Source: a virus. From it: DNA of 39,456 nucleotides. The stretch lies in the IMG/VR virus record IMGVR_UViG_3300045988_107369; one strand, given 5' to 3'. Position 1 is the first letter of the stretch. Each line of letters starts with the position of its first letter. Made by a program: the position numbers and the translations under genes. Below the pieces are notes generated by a model. It ran no database searches. It had not been told where the DNA came from and saw nothing but the letters and a program-made list of their open reading frames with translations. Shown one piece after another: positions 33,986 through 39,456 of the stretch.

Positions 33986-34437
33986 TTTGGCATACCGGAA
34001 CGGGAGGTACGAGTGTTACTGACAATACGTACTCAATCCAATATAGGTGGATCGAAAACCTCTGGGGCAACTTGCAGCAGTGGGTGGACGGCTTTAACGC
34101 CGACGGCACGACTGGTTACTACTGTACTGACCCATCGAAGTACGCGGACGATACTGCAACCGGCTACACCAAGATTGGCAATCTACCCACGGTCGCTGGG
34201 TATATAAAAGATTTGACAGTGCTTGATAACGGTTTGTTTATCCCTAAGTCGAATGGTGGCTCGGCTACAACGTATATTCCCGATATTGTGGTTTCTACCA
34301 CCAGTGGCAAGTATGGCTTAATGGTTGGTGGATGCTATGGTGAGAATACTGATGCGGGTTTACTGTACTTTAATGTGTCCAATCCCGGAACGGGTTCATT
34401 TTCAACAACCTCCGCCCGTCTGATGTGCGAGGTCTGA
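33925..34437 (+). CDS. Tail fibre distal (receptor-binding-like) segment in the -1 frame
   Basis: The -1 frame continues the domain seamlessly: ...FADWNSQKK|VGAGRVSGG..DDMIWHTGTGG..YRWIENLWGNLQQWVDGF.... No credible SD or start of its own. Confidence 0.75.
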   Translation, partial: VGAGRVSGGREMSCGYSDDMIWHTGTGGTSVTDNTYSIQYRWIENLWGNLQQWVDGFNADGTTGYYCTDPSKYADDTATGYTKIGNLPTVAGYIKDLTVLDNGLFIPKSNGGSATTYIPDIVVSTTSGKYGLMVGGCYGENTDAGLLYFNVSNPGTGSFSTTSARLMCEV

Positions 34438-34451
34438 AAGGAGTGATCTAA

Positions 34452-35072
34452 ATGAAGGTACACGGCGACAACAAGCCGGAGAAAATCTCCGCAAACAGCC
34501 AGCCAAACAAGCTGGGACGCGCGTGGGTAAGGTTTTGCCTGAATCCGTTTGAAACCACAGACGCAGACGGAAACACGCAGTGGGAGTATGACGAGTATGT
34601 CACCGAGGTTGCAGATGGTTCGGACTTGCAGGCGCGTGTGAATGAGCAGAACGACGCACTGCTTTTACAGGCCGTCGGCGAGGAATACGGCACACCGCTG
34701 ACCTCAGTTGATGATCTGCGTGAGCAGCGTATCGCAGACAGCAAGGCAGACCTCGCTGCATGGCTGTCCGAAAATCCGCTGACATGGACGGATGGTAAGA
34801 AGTATGCTGTAACGTCGGAAAAGCAGGCACAGCTTACATCGGCGCTGGCGGTACAGCAGGTTGCAGAGTCTGCCGGAGTGGAACGTGAGCTGCGTTGGAA
34901 CTCGACCGGCGATGAGTGTACGGTCTGGCAGTATGCCGATCTGTGTGCGCTGGCACTGGCGATTGCAGCCTATGTCGAGCCGCGCGTAAGCATCCAGCAG
35001 GCGGTGGAAGTCGATCTCCGCAATGCTGCGACGGCAGAGGAGGTCTTGAGTGTTGCGTGGAATTACACCTAA
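34452..35072 (+). CDS. Putative tail fibre assembly/accessory protein (DUF4376-like C-terminus)
   Basis: Lies directly after the fibre gene. The C-terminal half (KADLAAWL..YAVTSEKQAQLTSAL..WQYADLCALALAIAAYV) resembles DUF4376. Confidence 0.5.
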   Translation: MKVHGDNKPEKISANSQPNKLGRAWVRFCLNPFETTDADGNTQWEYDEYVTEVADGSDLQARVNEQNDALLLQAVGEEYGTPLTSVDDLREQRIADSKADLAAWLSENPLTWTDGKKYAVTSEKQAQLTSALAVQQVAESAGVERELRWNSTGDECTVWQYADLCALALAIAAYVEPRVSIQQAVEVDLRNAATAEEVLSVAWNYT

Positions 35073-35451
35073 GTCTGTGCTTGAGCACCTGCTGTTCGCG
35101 GCGATCGGCGGCGTGACGTACATGCTGATCGAGATCGCATGGCGCGGCTACACGCACTGGTCGATGGGTGTACTCGGCGGCGTATGCTTTGTGGCAGTTG
35201 GCCTGCTGAATGAGATCCAGCAGCGACCGCCGATCATCTTGCAGATGGCACAGGGTGCTGTGATCTGCACCGTGATGGAGCTGCTAGCCGGTCTGGTGCT
35301 CAATGTCTGGCTCGGTCTGGATGTGTGGGACTACTCTGGCGTGCCCGGCAATATCATGGGGCAGGTGTGCCCGCAGTTTACGCTGGCGTGGGCAGTATTG
35401 TCGGCAGTAGCTGTCTGGATCGAGGACCGACTGCACAAGATCTTCGACTAA
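35050..35451 (+). CDS. Polytopic membrane protein (PF06541/DUF1113-like)
   Basis: Contains IEIAWRGYTHWSM and LDVWDYSGVPGNIMGQVC, with four hydrophobic helices. Confidence 0.6.
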   Translation: MLRGITPKSVLEHLLFAAIGGVTYMLIEIAWRGYTHWSMGVLGGVCFVAVGLLNEIQQRPPIILQMAQGAVICTVMELLAGLVLNVWLGLDVWDYSGVPGNIMGQVCPQFTLAWAVLSAVAVWIEDRLHKIFD

Positions 35452-35514
35452 CAGGAAAAAATCGTAGGAAATTTTACAGTTGAACAGGGCGAATGCCCGG
35501 AAAGGACAAAAGTT

Positions 35515-35721
35515 ATGTATCCGAATAACATTTATGTGAAGAATCATGAAGAGATCAAGAAGCTGACCGGAGATATCGGCGTGCAGTTGGATAAGTTCGA
35601 TCACATCCATCACCTGAAGCATGACGATCTTGCACGCGCCCAGTACAAGCACTGGCGCTCTGTTGAGACCGGCGTGCCGGAGCTGATGAGCCGCCATGAC
35701 CACGAACTGCTGGGTATCTGA
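35515..35721 (+). CDS. Hypothetical His-rich protein (68 aa)
   Basis: ORF with a weak SD, followed by a hairpin. Confidence 0.4.
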   Translation: MYPNNIYVKNHEEIKKLTGDIGVQLDKFDHIHHLKHDDLARAQYKHWRSVETGVPELMSRHDHELLGI

Positions 35722-35738
35722 TCTGAAAATGGTGTGTG

Positions 35739-35762
35739 AAAGGGGCGAGAGATCGCCCTTTT
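35739..35762 (+). terminator. Weak hairpin or terminator
   Basis: AGGGGCGA-GAGA-TCGCCCT followed by TTT. Confidence 0.3.
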
Positions 35763-35786
35763 CGCATATCTGAAGGAGGTATCTGG

Positions 35787-36110
35787 ATGGTAGAGATTTT
35801 ATGCGCGTTCATTGCTGCCGTCGCAGCTATTATCTGTGCAGCTATGGCAGCTCAATCGTCTAAGCGAGAAAAGCGTGAGCAGGCGGAGCAGGAGCGTATC
35901 GACCGACGTGCCGAACAGCGTGCAAAGGAAGGTAGACTCCAGCTCTCTATGCTTGACGCGAATTGTCGTTTGACCGTAGGCGTTGCTATGGCCCTCAAGC
36001 GAGGTCACTGCAATGGTGAAGTTGAGCAAGGTCTGGCGGCGATCAAGAAAACGCAGCACGAGTATGAGCAGTTTCTTGAAGGAATTGCTCTTGATCAAAT
36101 TACACGATAA
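35787..36110 (+). CDS. N-terminally anchored membrane protein with coiled coil (lysis-module accessory)
   Basis: SD GAAGGAGG. The product has the TM segment ILCAFIAAVAAIICAAMAA, then a charged helix. Confidence 0.6.
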   Translation: MVEILCAFIAAVAAIICAAMAAQSSKREKREQAEQERIDRRAEQRAKEGRLQLSMLDANCRLTVGVAMALKRGHCNGEVEQGLAAIKKTQHEYEQFLEGIALDQITR

Positions 36111-36122
36111 GGAGGACTATAC

Positions 36123-36392
36123 ATGAACTGGAAAATTCGTCTGAAGAACCCGGTGTTCTGGGTGCAGGTGCTGACCGGCGCGTTTGCGACCGTTCTGGCG
36201 TACAGCGGTCTGACCGCTGCGGATATGACCACATGGGCGGGACTGTGGGGCGTTATTACCGGCGCGTTCAGCAATCCGTACTGCCTGTTCCTTGTAGCAT
36301 CGAACGTATGGAACGCTATGAACGATCCGACCACCAGCGGCCTGACCGACTCTGATCGAGCCAAGTCGTATGATGTCCCTCTGGAAAAGTGA
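36123..36392 (+). CDS. Holin (phi LC3-family-like)
   Basis: Starts MNWKIRLKNPVFWVQVLTGAFATVLAY. Has a second TM helix and a charged C-terminus. Directly upstream of the lysin. Confidence 0.8.
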   Translation: MNWKIRLKNPVFWVQVLTGAFATVLAYSGLTAADMTTWAGLWGVITGAFSNPYCLFLVASNVWNAMNDPTTSGLTDSDRAKSYDVPLEK

Positions 36393-36401
36393 GGTACAGC
36401 G

Positions 36402-37349
36402 ATGAGCATTCGTTGTGACATTTACGACAGTAAGCAGTATGATATCTGGTTCGCAGCAGCACCCTACGCTGCTGCGTCCAAGCCTGCAAAGAGCCTGAAG
36501 CAGTGGGCGGCAGACGAGAAAGCCGACGTGGTGTACAATCTCGCTCTGTTCAACATGACCGGCAAAGGCTCTGACAAGTACGGCGTGATCAAGGGAAGAA
36601 CCTTGCAGTACCTGAAGGCCAAAGGCAAGGACTGCGGCTACGGTGGCACGTCTGAGCACCTGACACTGGATGCTGACAACGCCGTCGCAGGCTGGAAGCT
36701 GGCGATCAAGGATGGCAAGGTGAATGGATCTCTCGAGAAGTCTGATCGCCGCAGCCGTAACATGTGCGGCCTGCTGACAGATGGCCGATACATCCATGTG
36801 CAGACCTCTGCAAGCCATACGGAGTACGAGGTTGCACAGTACGTCCGGGATCACTATGATGTCAAGCTGCTGCTCGTTCAGGACGCAGGTGGCAGCACCG
36901 GCATGTATCGTGTGTCGGACGGCTACCTGTTCGCTCCTGAGCGCGAGGGCGCGAACGGCAGGCCGGTGTGCAGCGTAGTCTGCATTAAGCGTAAAAATAA
37001 GACAACGACTCCGAAGGAGGAGAACAAGATGAGCAAGAAGGTATTTATCGGTGTCGGCCACGGAGGTTCTGATTCCGGCGCGGTCGGCTACATTGTCGAA
37101 AAGGAAGCAAACCTCGTGATGGCACTTGCGTGCCGTGATTATCTGGTTGCACACGGCGTTGAGGTGCGCATGAGCCGCACCAAGGATGAAGAGGATCCCA
37201 TCAATGAAGAGGTCCGCGAGTGCAATGCGTACAACCCGGATCTTGCTATCGACGTGCATAACAACTCCGGCGGCGGTGATGGCTTTGAAGTATATCACAC
37301 TCTGAACGGCGGCACTGGCAAGGTCCTCGCGCAGAACATTGAGAAGTAG
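36402..37349 (+). CDS. Endolysin: NAGPA-like (phosphodiester glycosidase-like) N-terminal domain plus the first part of an Amidase_3 domain, ended by an in-frame TAG
   Basis: NAGPA-like signature: RNMCGLLTDGRYIHV and LLLVQDAGGSTGMY. Amidase_3 signature: KVFIGVGHGGSDSGAVG and DLAIDVHNNSGGGDGFEVYH. TAG at 37347..37349 interrupts the domain. Confidence 0.85.
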   Translation: MSIRCDIYDSKQYDIWFAAAPYAAASKPAKSLKQWAADEKADVVYNLALFNMTGKGSDKYGVIKGRTLQYLKAKGKDCGYGGTSEHLTLDADNAVAGWKLAIKDGKVNGSLEKSDRRSRNMCGLLTDGRYIHVQTSASHTEYEVAQYVRDHYDVKLLLVQDAGGSTGMYRVSDGYLFAPEREGANGRPVCSVVCIKRKNKTTTPKEENKMSKKVFIGVGHGGSDSGAVGYIVEKEANLVMALACRDYLVAHGVEVRMSRTKDEEDPINEEVRECNAYNPDLAIDVHNNSGGGDGFEVYHTLNGGTGKVLAQNIEK

Positions 37350-37745
37350 GTTATCAAGATCGGCCAGAACAGCCGTGGCTGCAAGACTCGACGGGGCCAG
37401 CGCGGCGACTACTACGCCTTTGTCCGTGACACCAAGTGTCCGGCTGTTATCTGTGAGGGCGTGTTCGTTGACACCAAGGCAGATGCTGCTCAGGCCGACA
37501 CCAAAGCCAAGCAGCAGGCGTTCGGCGTAGCGTATGCCAAGGGAATCCTCGACACACTCGGCATTAAGTACGATACCACGACCGCCAAGCCTGCTGAGGC
37601 GACCAAGCCGCAGGACCCGGAAGTGCAGGCCGCAATCGAAAAAATCCAGACCAAAGCTGGTCTGGAGGAAAAGACGACCGAGTATCTGCTCGCATACGAG
37701 TACGGCGAAAGTCTTGTGAAAAAGCTCGCAAAGGCGATGGAGTAA
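37350..37745 (+). pseudogene. In-frame continuation of the endolysin after the TAG (rest of Amidase_3 plus C-terminal tail)
   Basis: Same frame as 36402. Encodes VIKIGQNSRGCKTRRG..DYYAFVRDTKCPAVICEGVFVDTKADA, the conserved C-terminal part of Amidase_3. Confidence 0.8.
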
Positions 37746-37761
37746 CGCAAGAATAGAAGTA

Positions 37762-37807
37762 AGCCCCGTTGGATAGTTGTTTCTGACATCCAACGGGGCT
37801 TTTTCTT
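37762..37807 (+). terminator. Strong intrinsic terminator ending the late/lysis operon
   Basis: 13-bp stem AGCCCCGTTGGAT/ATCCAACGGGGCT followed by TTTTCTT. Confidence 0.8.
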
Positions 37808-37821
37808 ATGTTTGAGTAGCC

Positions 37822-37850
37822 TTGACAAAAGAGTGAAATTCTCGTATGAT
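37822..37850 (+). promoter_or_regulatory. Near-consensus sigma70 promoter of the terminal cargo operon
   Basis: TTGACA (37822..37827), exactly 17 nt of spacer, TATGAT (37845..37850). Confidence 0.7.
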
Positions 37851-37880
37851 GAACACATCTAACTGAAAGAAGATGGTTTT

Positions 37881-38483
37881 GTGGGCGACGATAATTTTTC
37901 TGTCTGCGCAAGAATAGCTTTAACCGGCATCGTTCTTCTTGCTGTATTTGCACTGCTCTGTTGTGTTTCCTTCTTATGTACAAAAAAATTGCAAAAACAT
38001 TTAGATAATGATTGCGATCGCAAATGTGTGTATTTATTGAAGAAAGACTTCATATACATGAGTATTATCGCAGGAATAGTGATCGTAATATTGCTGACAT
38101 TGACTTTTGCTAAGGACGAAAATGCAATCAATTATTTTTCGTTTGCAGGTACACTTAGCTCGATTATCCTGTCGGTTGTAGCGATTTTTATGACAATCAA
38201 CAGTGAAAACGAGAGTAAAGATGCGAAAACACAGCTAGACAGATCAATAGCTAAAATGGAAGAGTCTACTCAAGCAGTTGAAAAAGCCTCTGACGATTGG
38301 AAAAATACAGTTACCGAACTTCAAGGAAGATTGGATACTGTGCGTGTAGAGATCGAAGATGTTCTGGAGCGCATTCAAAAAGTGGCTGATCAAAACGATC
38401 AAATCCTTGTCCATTCAAAAGAACGAAACTTCAAAGGTGAGGATTTGGAATGGGTGCCTCAAAGGAGGAACAATAATGGATAA
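37881..38483 (+). CDS. Cargo protein 1: three-TM membrane protein with a cytoplasmic coiled-coil tail
   Basis: 200 aa with GTG start. Hydrophobic helices IALTGIVLLAVFALLCCVSFL, MSIIAGIVIVILLTLTF and FAGTLSSIILSVVAIFMTI. About 90 aa of heptad-like charged sequence follows. AT-rich. Confidence 0.65.
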   Translation: MGDDNFSVCARIALTGIVLLAVFALLCCVSFLCTKKLQKHLDNDCDRKCVYLLKKDFIYMSIIAGIVIVILLTLTFAKDENAINYFSFAGTLSSIILSVVAIFMTINSENESKDAKTQLDRSIAKMEESTQAVEKASDDWKNTVTELQGRLDTVRVEIEDVLERIQKVADQNDQILVHSKERNFKGEDLEWVPQRRNNNG

Positions 38484-38928
38484 GCCAACAGCATTATCTA
38501 TGTTAAAAGTCACAATCATCGGATCAGAAGTCATAAAAGACACAAGATCAGTCCAACTGATTGATACTGTAAAAAAAGATGAAGAGGGTAGATTTGATAT
38601 TTCTGCTTTCGTAAGAATACAACAGACGCAAGAAATAGATGATAAGCTATATTTGTTTGTATGTCAGCGCCATGATGATGAATATCGAATATTTTCGCTT
38701 ACAGAAATACATCTTAACCCGAGTAAACAGGCGAATGCCGAAGGGCAAGATCACATGGTTGATGATACCAACAGAATCATTACAGATGAGTATCATATCA
38801 TTCAAAATTGTAAGTTTAACTTTCTTGCAATACCTCCGACACCGTCTGGAGTTTATGCTTTAGTAGTATCGACTAAAGAAAATGACCCTTCTGGAATGCT
38901 TGATGCGTACTACTTTCGCGTTGAATAA
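38476..38928 (+). CDS. Cargo protein 2: 150-aa soluble protein of unknown function
   Basis: SD AAAGGAGG lies 6 nt before ATG 38476. Overlaps cargo protein 1 by 8 nt (translational coupling). No motif recognised. Confidence 0.7.
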   Translation: MDKPTALSMLKVTIIGSEVIKDTRSVQLIDTVKKDEEGRFDISAFVRIQQTQEIDDKLYLFVCQRHDDEYRIFSLTEIHLNPSKQANAEGQDHMVDDTNRIITDEYHIIQNCKFNFLAIPPTPSGVYALVVSTKENDPSGMLDAYYFRVE

Positions 38929-38941
38929 ATGAAGAATGCAA

Positions 38942-39005
38942 AGCCCCGTCTACCGGGCGATCTCGAAACGAGGTCGCAAGCTGGTAGACGGGGCTTTTTC
39001 GTTTT
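38942..39005 (+). terminator. Two-tier intrinsic terminator of the cargo operon
   Basis: Outer 13-bp stem AGCCCCGTCTACC/GGTAGACGGGGCT encloses inner stem GCGATCTCG/CGAGGTCGC, followed by TTTTTCGTTTT. Confidence 0.75.
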
Positions 39006-39150
39006 GCCTGCGGAACAACGCAGATAGAAAAATCAATTATCATAATAGCCAAAACGGTAAGCGGTAATTTGACAAACCGACTCCCAGTAACGCCTCAGCT
39101 CTTCTGAATACACTTTTATTCGAAAAGAATAATCAAAACCAGACAGATTT

Positions 39151-39168
39151 CAGAGGAAAACAGAGGAA
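39151..39168 (+). repeat. Tandem CAGAGGAA repeat in the attR arm (possible accessory-factor site)
   Basis: CAGAGGAA at 39151..39158 and 39161..39168, 10-bp phasing. Confidence 0.3.
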
Positions 39169-39300
39169 TTTGTCAACCGTTCAGCGGAAAAATAGCGTAT
39201 TTGTAAGTTCTCATATCTTCTCCAATCTTTATAGCATATCGGCAGAAAACTTTCCAATGGGGAGGCGGCTGCCCTAAGCGCTTTCGAGGGCAGGGAACAC

Positions 39301-39338
39301 TGTCGTAAAAAGTTCCTTTTGTCGTCAAAGTGTCGTCA
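39301..39338 (+). promoter_or_regulatory. Three direct copies of TGTCGT(A/C)A; candidate integrase arm-type sites (attR arm)
   Basis: TGTCGTAA at 39301 and TGTCGTCA at 39320 and 39331 (11-bp spacing). Same motif and orientation as 218 and 229. Confidence 0.5.
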
Positions 39339-39356
39339 GTTAAAAACTGGAACAAC

Positions 39357-39397
39357 AAAGATAAAGAAAAAGTGCTGAAATTCAATGATTTCAGCAC
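39357..39397 (-). terminator. Intrinsic terminator downstream of the tRNA, supplied by the phage arm
   Basis: The minus strand reads GTGCTGAAA-8 nt-TTTCAGCAC followed by TTTTTCTTTATCTTT. Confidence 0.7.
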
Positions 39398-39403
39398 AAT
39401 TCT

Positions 39404-39456
39404 TGGTGCGGATGGGGGGACTTGAACCCCCACGTCCTTGCGAACACTAGCACCTG
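39404..39456 (-). tRNA. tRNA-Leu(CAG), 3' portion only (anticodon to CCA); the 5' half lies beyond the window end
   Basis: Reverse complement is CAGGTGCTAG TGTTCGCAAGGACG TGGGGGTTCAAGTCCCCCC ATCCGCA CCA. This gives anticodon CAG, a long class-II variable arm, a T-arm, an acceptor and an encoded CCA. Confidence 0.8.
39407..39456. repeat. attR core: right copy of the 50-bp direct repeat
   Basis: Identical to 1..50. Identity may extend past the window edge. Confidence 0.9.

Larger units (their letters stand above)
1..39456. mobile_element. Integrated temperate prophage (contractile-tail, PBSX/Xkd-like tail module) occupying the whole window, inserted in a tRNA-Leu gene
   Basis: Perfect 50-bp direct repeats at both ends, tyrosine integrase next to the left repeat, and a complete lysogeny/replication/packaging/head/tail/lysis gene order in between. 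Confidence 0.92.

Noticed and set aside
32456-34437. Diversity-generating retroelement targeting the fibre distal domain
   Set aside because: The window contains no reverse transcriptase ORF, and I found no template-repeat copy of the fibre 3' region.
37347-37349. Genome-wide TAG stop-codon reassignment (alternative genetic code phage)
   Set aside because: Only one in-frame TAG is seen. TAG terminates other well-defined genes here (for example the connector gene at 21826..21828). All other late genes are intact under the standard code, and no suppressor tRNA or release-factor gene is present.
36117-37793. 558-aa minus-strand ORF opposite the holin and endolysin
   Set aside because: It is antisense to the holin and amidase, which carry clear motifs. 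It runs straight across the plus-strand terminator region, and its translation is low complexity.
39173-39433. 86-aa minus-strand ORF at the right end
   Set aside because: It starts inside the tRNA/att core and runs through the tRNA terminator and the arm-site repeats. It has no SD, so it is a non-coding att arm.
1-39456. CRISPR array, rRNA, or internal phage tRNA genes
   Set aside because: I found no regularly spaced direct repeats and no rRNA-like or cloverleaf-like sequences apart from the tRNA-Leu fragments at the two ends.

Overview
The window is one complete integrated temperate phage of about 39.4 kb. It is bounded by a perfect 50-bp direct repeat (1..50 = 39407..39456), which is the 3' part of a minus-strand tRNA-Leu(CAG) gene. 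The right copy carries the encoded CCA and runs off the window. The left copy is followed by non-tRNA sequence and is a truncated remnant. Gene order is classical: integrase, CI-like/Cro-like HTH switch with three ATTCnnGAAT operators, recombination and replication genes (Rad50/SbcC-like ATPase, DUF669-like, MBL-fold hydrolase, DUF4373/DnaD-like organiser), many small early ORFs, and a RinA/ArpU-like late activator. These are followed by terS/terL, an SPP1-type portal, gp7/MuF head protein, scaffold and capsid. Next comes a PBSX/Xkd-like contractile tail module: sheath, tube, frameshifted chaperone, tape measure, LysM protein, hub, baseplate and fibre. The lysis genes (holin, amidase) close the backbone. 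The backbone is GC-rich (about 60% by eye), consistent with a high-GC Firmicutes/Clostridia-type host (inference only). Three accessory regions are not explained by the phage backbone. (1) An AT-rich two-gene cassette with its own promoter and terminator lies between the lysis module and attR (37808..39005). (2) A pair of minus-strand genes sits inside the early region, each behind a copy of a duplicated bidirectional intergenic cassette (2587..4018). (3) An AT-rich DUF2971-like gene with its own promoter and terminator is wedged between the late activator and terS (13560..14410). Three essential genes carry lesions or recoding signals: ACG where the replication-organiser start codon is expected, an A7 tract (A_AAA_AAG) splitting the tail fibre, and an in-frame TAG inside the amidase catalytic domain. 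The gp7 head protein carries a C-terminal R-S-E ADP-ribosyltransferase domain. All family assignments come from motif recognition by eye; no database search was run.
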